Shown here in pieces: positions 29,400 to 44,300 of a stretch of DNA of 64,000 nt; the first letter of the stretch is position 1, and the number at the start of each line of letters is the position of its first letter. A program made the translations under genes and the position numbers. The stretch comes from the human T2T-CHM13v2.0 reference genome, Homo sapiens. The notes under the pieces were generated by a model. The model saw only the letters and a program-made list of their open reading frames with translations, was not told the DNA's origin and did not search any database. Location of the stretch: positions 1,184,001 through 1,248,000 of the forward strand of contig CP068257.2 in the NCBI GenBank assembly GCA_009914755.4, in the 5' to 3' direction.

Positions 29400-32300
29400 A
29401 ATGGAATGAACCCGAATGGAATGGAATGGATTTGAATGGAATGGAACGGAATTAACCCGAGCGGAAAGGAATGGAATGGAATGGAGTGGAATGGAAAGTA
29501 ATGGAATGGAATGGAATGGAATGGAATCAACACGAATGGATTGGAATGGAATGGAATGGGATGGGATGGAATGGAATGGAATGGAAGTTAATCAACACGA
29601 ATGGAATGCAACGGAATGGAATGGAATGGAATGGAATGAACCCGAATGGAATTGAATGGATTGGAATGCAATGGAATGGAATCAACCCGAGCAGAAAGGA
29701 TTGGAATGGAATGGAGTGGAATGGAATGTAATGTAATGGAATGGAATGGAATGGAATCAACACGAATGGAATGGAACGGAATGGAATGGTATGGGATGGA
29801 ATGGAATGGAATGGAAGTTAATCAACACGAAGGGAGTGGAACGGAATGGAATGGAATGGAATGGAATGCAATGGAATGGAATGGAATGGAATGGAATGAA
29901 ATGGAAAGGAACGGAAAGGAATCAACAGGAGTGGAATGGAATGGAACGGAATGGAATCAACCCGAGTGGAATGAAATGGAATGTAGTGCAATGGGATGGA
30001 GTGGAATCAACCCGAGTGGAATGGAATGGAATGGAATGGAATGGAATGGAATGGAAAGGAATGAAATGAAATGGATTGGATCGGAATGGAATCAGATCGA
30101 ATTAACTGGAATGGAATGGAATGGAATGGAATGGAATGGAATAAATCCGGGTGGAGTGGAATGGAATGGAATGGAGTGGAATGGAATGGAATTTTGTGGG
30201 ATGGAATGGAATGGAATGGAATGCAATGGAATGGAATCAACCGGAATGGGATGGCATGGAATGGAATTGAGTGGAATGGAATGGAATGGAATGGAATGGA
30301 ATCAAATCAAGTTCAATGGAATGGAATGGAATGCAATGGAATCCACCGGAGTGGAATGGAATGGAATGGAATGGAATGGAATGGAGTGTAATGGAACGGA
30401 ATGGAATGGAATGGAACGGAATGGAATGGAATGAACCCGAATGGAATGGAATGGAATTAACCCGAATGGAATGGAATGGATTGGAATGGAATGGAATGGA
30501 ATCAACCTGAGCGGAAAGGAATGGAATGGAATGGAGTGGAATGTAATGGAATGGAATGGAATGGAATGGAATGGAATCAACACGAATGGAATGGAACGGA
30601 ATGGAATGGGATGGGATGGAATGGAATGGAATGGAAGTTAATCAACACGAATGGAATGGAACGGAATGGAATGGAATGGAATGGAATGGAATGGAATGGA
30701 ATGAAATGGAAAGGAACGGAATGGAATCAACACGAGTGGAATGGAATGGAACGGAATGGAATCAACCCGAGTGGAATTAAATGGAATGTAAGGCAATTGG
30801 ATGGAGGGGAATCAACCCGAGTGGAATGGAATGGAATGGAATGGAATGGAATGGAATGGAATGGAATGAAATGAAATGGAATGGATCAGAATGGAATCCA
30901 ATGAAATCAACTGGAATGGAATGGAATGGAATGAAATGGAATGGAATAAATCCGGTTGGAGTGGAATGGAATGTAATGGAGTGGAAGGTAATGGAATTTT
31001 GTGGAATGGAATGGAATGGAATGCAGTGGAATGGAATGAAATGGATTAGATCGGAATGGAATCCATTGGAATCAACTGGAATGGAATGGAATGGAAAGGA
31101 ATGGAATGGAATGGAATGGAGTGGAATGGAATGGAATGGAATGGAATGGAATGGAATGGAATGGAATGGAATGGAATAAATCCGGGTGGAGTGGAATGGA
31201 ATGAAATGGAGTGGAATGTAATGGAATTTAGTGGAATGGAATGGAATGGAATGGAATGGAATGGAATGGAATGGAATCAACCCGAATGGAATGGAACGGA
31301 ATGGAATGGAAAAGAATGTTATGGAATGGAATGGAATCAACACGAATAGGATGGCATTGAATTGAATGGAAAGGAATGGAATGGAATGGAATGGAATGGA
31401 ATGGAATGGAATGGAGTCAACCCAAGTGCAATGGAATGGAATGGAATGCAATGGAATCCACCCGAGTGGAATTGAATGGAATGGAATGGAATGGAATGGA
31501 ATGGAATGGAATGGAATGGAGTGGAATCGAACGGAATGGAGTGGAATGCAATAAACACCAGGGGAATGAAATGGATTGGAATGAAATGGAATGGAATGGA
31601 ATGGAATGGAACGGAATTGAATGGAATGAAATCAACCCGAGTGGAATGGAATGGAATGGAATGGAATGGAAAGGAATGAATGGAATGGAATGGGGTGGAA
31701 TCAACACGAGAGGAATGGAATGGAATGGAATGGAACTGAACGGAATGGAAAGGAATGGAATGGAATGAACCCGAATGGAAAGGAATGGATTGGAATGGAA
31801 TGGAATGGAATCAACTCTAGCGGAAAGGAATGGAATGGAATGGAGTGGAATGGAATGGAATGGAATGGAATGGAATGGAATGGAGTGGAATGTAATGTAA
31901 CGGAATGGAATGGAATGGAATGGAATCAACACGAATGGAATGGAACGGAATGGAATGGGATGGAATGGAATGGAATGGAATTTAATCAACACGAATGGAA
32001 TGGAAAGGAATGGAATGGAATGGCATGGAATGGAATGGAATGGAATGGAATGGAATAGAATGAAATAGAAAGGAAAGGAATGGAATCAACACGAGTGGAA
32101 TAGAATGGAACGGAATGGAATCAACCCGAGTGGAATGGAATGGAATGGAATGGAATGGAATGGAATAAATCCGGGTGGAGTGGAATGGAATGTAATGGAG
32201 TGGAATGTAAAGGAATTTAGTGGAATGGAATGGAATGGAATCAACACGAATGGAATGGAAAGGAATGGAATGAGATGGGATGGATTGGAATGGAATGGAA
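29400..32300 (+). repeat. HSat3 block repeated about 12.0-12.1 kb downstream (dispersed or large-period homology, copy A)
   Basis: 29527..29763(-) matches 41599..41835(-). 30476..30874 matches 42553..42801. 30777..31451(-) matches 42874..43644(-). 31366.. matches 43308... 32105..32305 matches 43992..44342. Offsets are 11.9-12.2 kb. Confidence 0.55.
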
Positions 32301-34170
32301 GTTAATCAACACGAATTGAATGGAACGGAATGGAATGGAATGGAATGGAATGGAATGGAATGGAATGGAATGAAATAAACCCGAGTGGAATGGAACGGAA
32401 TGGAATGGAATGAAATGGAATGGAATGGAATGGAATGGAATGAAATCAACCCGAGTGGAATGGAACGGAATGGAATGGAATGGAAAGGAATGAATGGAAT
32501 GGAATGGTGTAGAATCAACACGAGAGGAATGGAATGGAATGGAAAGGAACAGAACGGAATGGAAAGGAATGGAATGGAATGAACGCGAATGGAATGGAAA
32601 GGATTGGAATGGAATGGAATGGAATCAACCCGAGCGGAAAGGAATGGAATGGAATGGAATGGAATGGAATGGAATGGAATGGAATCAACCCGAATGGAAT
32701 GGAACGGAATGGAATGGAAAGGAATGTTATGGAATGGAATGGAATCAACACGAATAGGATGGCATTGAATTGAATGGAAAGGAATGGAATGGAATGGAAT
32801 GGAATGGAATGGAATGGAGTCAACCCAAGTGCAATGGAATGGAATGGAATGCAATGGAATCCACCCGAGTGGAATTGAATGGAATGGAATGGAATGGAAT
32901 GGAATGGAATGGAGTGGAATCGAACGGAATGGAGTGGAATGCAATAAACACCAGGGGAATGAAATGGATTGGAATGAAATGGAATGGAATGGAATGGAAT
33001 GGAATGGAATTGAATGGAATGAAATCAAACCGAGTGGAATGGAACGAAATGGAATGGAATGGAAAGGAATGAATGGAATGGAATGGGGTGGAATCAACAC
33101 GAGAGGAATGGAATGGAATGGAATGGAACGGAACGGAATGGAAAGGAATGGAATGGAATGAACCCGAATGGAATGGAATGGATTGGAATGGAATGGAATG
33201 GAATCAACTCTAGCGGAAAGGAATGGAATGGAATGGAGTGGAATGGAATGGAATGGAATGGAATAGAATGGAATGGAGTGGAATGTAATGTAACGGAATG
33301 GAATGGAATGGAATGGAATCAACACGAATGGAATGGAACGGAATGGAATGGGATGGAATGGAATGGAATGGAATTTAATCAACACGAATGGAATGGAAAG
33401 GAATGGAATGGAATGGCATGGAATGGAATGGAATGGAATGGAATGGAATAGAATGAAATAGAAAGGAAAGGAATGGAATCAACACGAGTGGAATAGAATG
33501 GAATGGAATGGAATCAACCCGAGTGGAATGGAATGGAATGGAATGGAATGGAATGGAATGGAATAAATCCGGGTGGAGTGGAATGGAATGTAATGGAGTG
33601 GAATGTAAAGGAATTTAGTGGAATGGAATGGAATGGAATCAACACGAATGGAATGGAACGGAATGGAATGAGATGGGATGGAATGGAATGGAATGGAAGT
33701 TAATCAACACGAATTGAATGGAACGGAATGGAATGGAATGGAATGGAATGGAATGGAATGAAATAAACCCGAGTGAAATGGAACGGAATGGAATGGAATG
33801 AAATGGAATGGAATGGAATGGAATGGAATGGAACGGAATGGAATGGAATGGAATGGAATGAAATCAACCCGAGTGGAATGGAACGGAATGGAATGGAATG
33901 GAAAGGAATGAATGGAATGGAATGGTGTAGAATCAACACGAGAGGAACGGAATGGAATGGAAAGGAACGGAACGGAATGGAAAGGAATGGAATGGAATGA
34001 ACGCGAATGGAATGGAATGGATTGGAATGGAATGGAATGGAATCAACCCGAGCGGAAAGGAATGGAATGGAATGGAATGGAATGGAATGGAATGGAATGG
34101 AATCAACACGAATGGAATGGAATGGAACGGAATGGGATGGGATGGAATGGAATGGAATGGAACTTAACCA
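31350..34170 (+). repeat. About 1.4-kb HSat3 higher-order period, 2 tandem copies
   Basis: 31376..31768 and 32784..33161 are offset by 1408. 31651..32058 and 33059..33451 are offset by 1408. 32105..32305 and 33503..33703 are offset by 1398. 32385..32582 and 33773..34000 are offset by about 1400. The 359-aa reverse ORF 32306..33385 repeats its own sequence internally. Confidence 0.6.
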
Positions 34171-34869
34171 ACACGAATGGAAAGTAATGGAATGGAATGA
34201 ACCCGAATGGAATGGAATGAACCCGAATGGAATGGAATGGATTGGAATGCAATGGAATGGAATCAACCTGAGAGGATAGGAATGGAATGGAATGGAGTGG
34301 AATGGAATGGAACGGAATGGAATGGAATGGAATGGAATCAAAACGAATGGAATAGAACGGAATGGAATGGGATGGGATGGAATGGAATGGAATGGAAGTT
34401 AATCAACACGAATGTAATGGAACGGAATGGAATGGAATGGAATGGAATGGAATGAACCCGAATTGAATGGAATGGATAGGAATGGAATGGAATGGAATCA
34501 ACACGAGCGGAAAGGAATGGAATGGAATGGAGTGGAATGGAATGTAATGGAATGGAATGGAATGGAATGGAATCAACACGAATGGAATGGAACGGAATGG
34601 AATGGGATGGGATGGAATGGAATGGAATGGAAGTTAATCAACACGAATGGAATGGAACGGAATGGAAAGGAATGGAATGGATCGGAATGGAACCCAATGG
34701 AATCAACTGGAATGGAATGGAATGGAATGGAATGGAATGGAATGAATGGAATAAACCCGGGTGGAGTAGAATGGAATGGAATTTTGTGGAATGGAATGGA
34801 ATGGAATGGAATGGAATGGAATGGAATGGAATGGAATGAAATGGATTGGATCGGAATGGAATCCAATGG

Positions 34870-37800
34870 AATCAACTGGAATGGAATGGAATGGAATGGA
34901 ATTCAATGGAATGCAATGGAATAAATACGGGTGGAGTGGAATGGAATGAAATGGAGTGGAATGGAATGGAATTTAGTGGAATGGAATGGAATGGAATGGA
35001 ATGGAATTGAATGGAATGGAATAAACCCGAATGGAATGGAACGGAATGGAATGGAAAGGAATGGAATGGAATGCAATGGAATGGAATGGAATGGAATGGA
35101 ATGAAATCAACCCGAGTGGAATGGAACGGAATGGAATGGAATGGAAAGGAAAGAATGGAATGGAATGGTGTGGAATCAACATGAGAGGAATGGAATGGAA
35201 TGGAATGGAACGGAATGGAATGCAAAGGAATGGAATGGAATGAACGCGAATGGAATGGAATGCAGTGGAATGGAATGGAATGGAATGGAATGGAATGGAA
35301 TGGAATCAACACGAATGGAATGGAACGGAACGGAATGGGATGGGATGGATTGGAATGGAATGGAACTTAATCAACACGAATGGAAAGTAATGGAATGGAA
35401 TGAACTCGAATGGAATGGAATGGATTGGAATGCAATGGAATGGAATCAAGCTGAGAGGAAAGGAATGGAATGGAATGGAGTGGAATGGAATGGAATGGAA
35501 TGGAATGGAATGGAATTGAATGGAATCAACACGAATGGAATGGAACGGAATGGAATGGGATGGGATGGAATGGAATGGAATGGAAGTTAATCAACACGAA
35601 TGGAATGGAACGGAATTGAATGGAATGGAATGGAATGGAATGAAATGGAATGGAATGGAATGAAATGAAAGGGAAAGGAACGGAATGGAATCAACACGAG
35701 TGGAATGGAATGGAACGGAATGGAATCAACCCGAGTGGAATAAAATGGAATGTAATGAAATGGGATGGAGAGGAATCAACACGAGTGGAATGGAATGGAA
35801 TGGAATGAAATGGAATGGATCGGAATGGAATCCAATGGAATCAACTGGAATGGAATGGAATGGAATGGAATGGAATAGAATGGAATGGAATGGAAAGGAA
35901 TGGAATAAATCCTGGTGGAGTGGAATGGAATGTAATGGAGTGGAATGTAATGGAATTTTGTGGAATGGAATGGAGTGGAATGAAATGGATTGGATCGGAA
36001 TGGAATCCAATGGAATCAGATGGAATGGAATGGAATGGAATGGAATGGAATGGAATGGAATGGAATAAATCCGGGTGGAGTGGAATGGAATGAAATGGAG
36101 TGGAATGGAATGGAATTTATTGGAATGCAATGGAACGGAATGGAATGGAATGGAATGGAATGGAATCAAACCGAATGGAATGGAACGGAATGGAATGGAA
36201 TGGAATGGAATCAAACCGAATGGAATGGAACGGAATGGAATGGAAAGGAATGGAAAGGAATGGAATGGAATGGAATGGAACGGAATGGAATCAACCCGAA
36301 TGGGATGGCATGGAATTGAATTGAATGGAATGGAATGCAATGGAATGGAATGAAACCGAATGGAAAGGAATGGATTGGAATGGAATGGAATGGAATCAAC
36401 CTGAGCGGAATGGAATTGAATGGAATGGAGTGGAATGGAATATAATGGAATGGAATGGAAAGGAATGGAATCAACACGAATGGAATGGAACGGAATGGAA
36501 TGGGATGGGATGGAATGGAATCGAATGGATGATAATCAACACGAATGTAATGGAACGGAATGGAATGGAATGGAATGGAATGAACCCGAATGGAATGGAA
36601 TGGATTGGAATGGAATGGAATGAAATGGAATGGATCGAAATGGAATACAATGGAATCAACTGGAATGGAATGGAATGGAATGGAATGGATCGAAATGGAA
36701 TACAATGGAATCAACTGGAATGGAATGGAATGGAATGGAATGGAATGGAATGAAATGGATTGGATCGGAATGGAATCCAATGGAATCAACTGGAATGGAA
36801 TGGAATGGAATGGAATTCAATGGAATGCAATGGAATAAATACGGGTGGAGTGGAATGGAATGAAATGGAGTGGAATGGAATGGAATTTAGTGGAATGGAA
36901 TGGAATGGAATGGAATGGAATTGAATGGAATGGAATAAACCCGAATGGAATGGAACGGAATGGAATGGAAAGGAATGGAATGGAATGCAATGGAATGGAA
37001 TGGAATGGAATGGAATGAAATCAACCCGAGTGGAATGGAACGGAATGGAATGGAATGGAAAGGAAAGAATGGAATGGAATGGTGTGGAATCAACATGAGA
37101 GGAATGGAATGGAATGGAATGGAACGGAATGGAATGCAAAGGAATGGAATGGAATGAACGCGAATGGAATGGAATGCAGTGGAATGGAATGGAATGGAAT
37201 GGAATGGAATGGAATCAACACGAATGGAATGGAACGGAACGGAATGGGATGGGATGGAATGGAATGGAATGGAACTTAATCAACACGAATGGAAAGTAAT
37301 GGAATGGAATGAACTCGAATGGAATGGAATGGATTGGAATGCAATGGAATGGAATCAAGCTGAGAGGAAAGGAATGGAATGGAATGGAGTGGAATGGAAT
37401 GGAATGGAATGGAATGGAATGGAATTGAATGGAATCAACACGAATGGAATGGAACGGAATGGAATGGGATGGGATGGAATGGAATGGAATGGAAGTTAAT
37501 CAACACGAATGGAATGGAACGGAATTGAATAGAATGGAATGGAATGGAATGAAATGGAATGGAATGGAATGAAATGAAAGGGAAAGGAACGGAATGGAAT
37601 CAACACGAGTGGAATGGAATGGAACGGAATGGAATCAACCAGAGTGGAATAAAATGGAATGTAATGAAATGGGATGGAGAGGAATCAACACGAGTGGAAT
37701 GGAATGGAATGGAATGAAATGGAATGGATCGGAATGGAATCCAATGGAATCAACTGGAATGGAATGGAATGGAATGGAATGGAATAGAATGGAATGGAAT

Positions 37801-38690
37801 GGAAAGGAATGGAATAAATCCTGGTGGAGTGGAATGGAATGTAATGGAGTGGAATGTAATGGAATTTTGTGGAATGGAATGGAGTGGAATGAAATGGATT
37901 GGATCGGAATGGAATCCAATGGAATCAGATGGAATGGAATGGAATGGAATGGAATGGAATGGAATGGAATAAATCCGGGTGGAGTGGAATGGAATGAAAT
38001 GGAGTGGAATGGAATGGAATTTATTGGAATGCAATGGAACGGAATGGAATGGAATGGAATGGAATGGAATCAAACCGAATGGAATGGAACGGAATGGAAT
38101 GGAATGGAATGGAATCAAACCGAATGGAATGGAACGGAATGGAATGGAAAGGAATGGAAAGGAATGGAATGGAATGGAATGGAACGGAATGGAATCAACC
38201 CGAATGGGATGGCATGGAATTGAATTGAATGGAATGGAATGCAATGGAATGGAATGAAACCGAATGGAAAGGAATGGATTGGAATGGAATGGAATGGAAT
38301 CAACCTGAGCGGAATGGAATTGAATGGAATGGAGTGGAATGGAATATAATGGAATGGAATGGAAAGGAATGGAATCAACACGAATGGAATGGAACGGAAT
38401 GGAATGGGATGGGATGGAATGGAATCGAATGGATGATAATCAACACGAATGTAATGGAACGGAATGGAATGGAATGGAATGGAATGAACCCGAATGGAAT
38501 GGAATGGATTGGAATGGAATGGAATGAAATGGAATGGATCGAAATGGAATACAATGGAATCAACTGGAATGGAATGGAATGGAATGGAATGGAATGGAAT
38601 GGAATGAAATGCATTGGATCGGAATGGAATCCAATGGAATCAACTGGAATGGAATGGAATGGAATGGAATGGAATGGAATGGAGTGGAAT
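34870..38690 (+). repeat. About 1.91-kb HSat3 higher-order period, 2 near-identical tandem copies
   Basis: 34872..35312(-) and 36786..37139(-) end 1914 bp apart with identical peptides. 35031..35243 and 36945..37157 are identical. 36075..36353 and 37979..38257 are identical 92-aa peptides. 36100..36324 and 38004..38228 are identical. 36325..36753 and 38229.. are offset by 1904. Confidence 0.7.
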
Positions 38691-41399
38691 GGAATGGAAT
38701 GGAATGGAATGGAATGGAATGGAATAAATCCGGTTGGAGTGGAATGGAATGTAATGGAGTGGAATGTAATGGAATTTTGTGGAATGGAATGGAATGGAAT
38801 GCAATGGAATGGAATGAAATGGATTGGATCGGAATGGAATCCATTGGAATCAACTGGAATGGAAAGGAATGGGAAGGAATGGAATGGAATGGAGTGGAAT
38901 GGAATGGAATGGAATGGAATGGAATGGAAAGGAATAAATCCGGGTGGAGTGGAATGGAATGAAATGGAGTGGAATGGAATGGAATTTAGTGGAATGGAAT
39001 GGAATGGAATGGAATGGAATCAACCCGAATGGAATGGAACGGAATGGAATGGAAAGGAATGGAATGGAATGAAATGGATTGGATCGGAATGGAATCCAAT
39101 GGAATCAACTGGAATGGAATGGAATGGAATGGAATGGAATGGAATGGAATGGAATAAATCCGGGTGGAGTGGAATGGAATGAAATGGAGTGGAATGGAAT
39201 GGAATTTATTGGAATGGAATGGAACGGACTGGAATGGAATGGAATGGAATCAAACCGAATACAATGGAATGGAATGGAATGGAATGGAAAGGAATGGAAT
39301 GGAATGGAATGGAATGGAATGGAATGGAATGGAATCAACCCGAATGGGATGGCATGGAAATGAATTGAATGGAATGGAATGGAAAGGTATGGAATGAAAC
39401 CTAATGGAAAGTAATGGATTGGAATGGAATGGAATGGAATCAACCCGAGCGGAACGGAATTGAATGGAATGGAGTGGAATGGAATATAATGGAATGGAAT
39501 GGAAAGGAATGGAATCAACACGAATGGAATGGAACGAAATGGAATGGGATGGGATGGAATGGAATGGAATGGAAGTTAATCAACACGAATGGAATGGAAC
39601 GGAATGGAATGGAATGGAATGGAATGGAATGGAATGGAATGAAATGGAAAGGAATGGAATGGAATCAACACGAGTGGAATGGAATGGAACGGAATGGAAT
39701 CAACCCGAGTGGAATGAAATGGAATGTAGTGCAATGGGATGGAGGGGAATCAACCCGAGTGGAATTGAATGGAATGGAATGGAATGGAATGGAATGAAAT
39801 GGAATGGATCGGAATGGAACCCAATGGAATCAACTGGAATGGAATGGAAGGGAATGGAATGGAATGGAATGGAATGGAAGGGAATGTAATGGAATGGAAT
39901 GGAATGGAATGGAATGGAATGAATCCGGGTGGAGTGGAATGGAATGGAATGGAGTGGAATATAATGGAATTTTGTGTAATGGAATGGAATGGAATGGAAT
40001 GGAATGGAACGGAATGGAATGGAATGAAATGGATTGGATCGGAATGGAATCTAATGGAATCAACTGGAATGGAATGGAATGGAATGGAACTCAATGGAAT
40101 GGAATGGAATAAATTCGGGTGGAGTGGAATAGAATGAAATGGAGTGGAATGCAATCGAATTTAGTGGAATGGAATGGGATGGAATGGAATGGAATTGAAT
40201 GGCATGGTATCAACCCGAATGGAATGGAACGGAATGGAATGGAAAGGAATGGAATGGAATGGAATGGAATGGAATGGAATGGAATGGAATGGAATCAACA
40301 CAAATGGGATGGCATGGAATTGAATGGAATGGAATGGAATGGAATGGAATGGAATCAACCCAAGTGCAATGGAATGGAATGGAATGCAATGGAATCCACC
40401 CGAGTGGAATGGAATGGAATGGAATGGCCTGGAATGGAATGGAATGGAATGGAATGGAATGGAGTGGAGTGGAATTGAACGAAATGGAGTGGAATGCAAT
40501 AAACACCAGGGGAATGAAATGCATTGGAATGAAATGGAATGGAATGGAATGGAATGGAATGAAATCAACCCGAGTGGAATGGAATGGAATGGAAAGGAAT
40601 GAATGGAATGGTATGGGGTGGAATCAACATGAGAGGAATGGAATGGAATGGAATGGAACGGAATGGAATGGAAAGGAATGGAATGGAATGAACCCGAATG
40701 GAATGGAATGGATTTGAATGGAATGGAATGGAATCAACCCGAGCGGAAAGGAATGGAATGGAATGGAGTGGAATGGAAAGTAATGGAATTGAATGGAATG
40801 GAATGGAATCAACACGAATGGATTGGAACGGAATGGAATGGGATGGGATGGAATGGAATGGAATGGAAGTTAATCAACACGAATGGAATGGAAAGGAATG
40901 GAATGGAATGGCATGGAATGCAATGGAATTGATTGGAATGGAATAGAATGAAATGGAAAGGAAAGGAATGGAATCAACACGAGTGGAATGGAATGGAACG
41001 GAATGGAATCAACCCGAGTGGAATGAAATGGAATGTAATGCAATGGGATGGAGTGGAATCAACCCGATTGGAATGGAATGGAATGGAATGCAATGGAATG
41101 GAATGAAATGGAATGGATCAGAATGGAATCCAATGGAATCAACTGGAATGGAATGGAATGGAATGGAATGGAATAAATCCGGGTGGAGTGGAATGGAATG
41201 GAATGGAGTGGAATGGAATGGAATGGAGTGGAATGGAATGGAATTTAGTGGAATGGAATGGAATGGAATGCAATGGAATGGAATGGAATGGAATGGAATG
41301 AAATGGATTGGATTGGAATGGAATACAAAGGAATCAACTGGAATGGAATGAAATGCAATGCAATGGAAGGGAATGGAATGGAATGGAATTAATCCGGTT

Positions 41400-44300
41400 G
41401 GAGTGGAATGCAATGTAATGGAGTAGAATGGAGTGGAATTTAGTGGAATGGAATGGAATGGAATGGAATGGAATGGAATGGACCCGAATGGAGTGGAATG
41501 GATTGGAATGGAATGGAATGTAATCAACCCGAGCGGAAAGGAATTAAATGGAATGGAGTGGAATGGAATATAATGGAATGGAATGGAAAGGAATGGAATC
41601 AACACGAATGGAATGCAACGGAATGGAATGAGATGGGATGGAATGGAATGGAATGGAAGTTAATCAACACGAATGGAATGCAACGGAATGGAATGGAATG
41701 GAATGGAATGAACCCGAATGGAATTGAATGGATTGGAATGCAATGGAATGGAATCAACCCGAGCGGAAAGGATTGGAATGGAATGGAGTGGAATGTAATG
41801 TAATGGAATGGAATGGAATGGAATGGAATCAACACGAATGGAATGGAACGGAATGGAATGGTATGGGATGGATTGGAATGGAATGGAAGTCAATCAACAC
41901 GAATGGAATGGAACGGAATGGAATGGAATGGAATGCAATGGAATGGAATGGAATGGAATGAAATGGAAAGGAAAGGAAAGGAATCAACACGAGTGGAATG
42001 GAATGGAACGGAATGGAATCAACCCGAGTGGAATGAAATGGAATGTAGTGCAATGGGATGGAGTGGAATCAACCCGAGTGGAATGGAATGGAATGGAATG
42101 GAATGGAATGGAATGGAATGGAAAGGAATGAAATGAAATGGATTGGATCGGAATGGAATCCAATCGAATTAACTGGAATGGAATGGAATGGAATGGAATG
42201 GAATGGAATGGAATAAATCCGGGTGGAGTGGAATGGAATGGAATGGAGTGGAATGGAATGGAATTTTGTGGGATGGAATGGAATGGAATGGAATGCAACG
42301 GAATGGAATCAACCGGAATGGGATGGCATGGAATGGAATTGAGTGGAATGGAATGGAATGGAATAGAATGGAATCAAATCAAGTGCAATGGAATGGAATG
42401 GAATGCAATGGAATCCACCGGAGTGGAATGGAATGGAATGGAATGGAATGGAATGGAATGGAGTGGAATGGAACGGAATGGAATGGAATGGAACGGAATG
42501 GAATGGAATGAACCCGAATGGAATGGAATGGAATTAACCCGAATGGAATGGAATGGATTGGAATGGAATGGAATGGAATCAACCTGAGCGGAAAGGAATG
42601 GAATGGAATGGAGTGGAATGTAATGTAATGGAATGGAATTTAATGGAATGGAATCAACACGAATGGAATGGAACGGAATGGAATGGGATGGGATGGAATG
42701 GAATGGAATGGAAGTTAATCAACACGAATGGAATGGAACGGAATGGAATGGAATGGAATGGAATGGAATGGAATGGAATGGAATGGAATGGAATGGAATG
42801 AAATGGAAAGGAACGGAATGGAATCAACACGAGTGGAATGGAATGGAACGGAATGGAATCAACCCGAGTGGAATTAAATGGAATGTAATGCAATGGAATG
42901 GAGGGGAATCAACCCGAGTGGAATGGAATGGAATGGAATGGAATGGAATGGAATGGAATGGAATGAAATGAAATGGAATGGATCAGAATGGAATCCAATG
43001 GAATCAACTGGAATGGAATGGAAAGGAATGGAATGGAATAAATCCGGTTGGAGTGGAATGGAATGTAATGGAGTGGAATGTAATGGAATTTTGTGGAATG
43101 GAATGGAATGGAATGCAATCGAATGGAATGAACTGGAATGGAATGGAATGGAAAGGAATGGAATGGAATGGAGTGGAATGGAATGGAATGGAATGGAATG
43201 GAATGGAATCAACCCGAATGGAATGGAACGGAATGGAATGGAAAGGAATGTTATGGAATGGAATGGAATCAACACGAATAGGATGGCATTGAATTGAATG
43301 GAAAGGAATGGAATGGAATGGAATGGAATGGAATGGAATGGAATGGAGTCAACCCAAGTGCAATGGAATGGAATGGAATGCAATGGAATCCACCCAAGTG
43401 GAATTGAATGGAATGGAATGGAATAGAATGGAATGGAGTGGAATCGAACGGAATGGAGTGGAATGCAATAAACACCAGGGGAATGAAATGGATTGGAATG
43501 AAATGGAATGGAATGGAATGGAATGGAATGGAATGGAATGGAGTGGAATGGAATTGAATGTAATGAAATCAACCCGAGTGGAATGGAACGGAATGGAATG
43601 GAATGGAAAGGAATGAATGGAATGGAATGGGGTGGAATCAACACGAGAGGAATGGAATGGAATGGAATGGAATGGAATGGAATGGAACGGAATGGAATGG
43701 AAAGGAATGGAATGGAATGAACCCGAATGGAATGGAATGGATTGGAATGGAATGGAATGGAATCAACCCTAGCGGAAAGGAATGCAATGGAATGGAGTGG
43801 AATAGAATGTAATGGAATGGAATGGAATGGAATGGAATCAACACGAATGGAATGGAACGGAATAGAATGGTATGGGTTGGAATGGAATGGAATGGAATTT
43901 AATCAACACGAATGGAATGGAAAGGAATGGAATGGAATGGCATGGAATGGAATGGAATGGAATGGAATGGAATAGAATGAAATAGAAAGGAATGGAATGG
44001 AAGCAACACGAGTGGAATGGAATTGAACAGAATGGAATCAACCCGAGTGGAATGAAATGGAATGTAATGCAATGGGATGGAGTGGAATCAACCCGAGTGG
44101 AATGGAATGGAATGGAATGGAATGGAATGAAATGGAATGGATCAGAATGGAATCCAACGGAATCAACTGGAAAGGAATGGAATGTAATGAAATGGAATGG
44201 AATAAATCCGGGTGGAGTGGAATGGAATGTAATGGAGTGGAATGGAATGGAATTTAGTGGAATGGAATGGAATGGAATCAACACGAATGGAATGGAACGG
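41400..44300 (+). repeat. HSat3 block homologous to 29.4-32.3 kb (copy B of the roughly 12-kb-offset repeat)
   Basis: Same ORF-identity evidence as copy A. The shared sub-module 12.0-13.1 kb has the same peptides as 42654..42893(-) and 42909..43118(-), namely 12036..12275(-) MHYIPFNSTRVDSIPFHSIPLVLIPFRSFPFHS... and 12206..12505(-). Confidence 0.55.
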
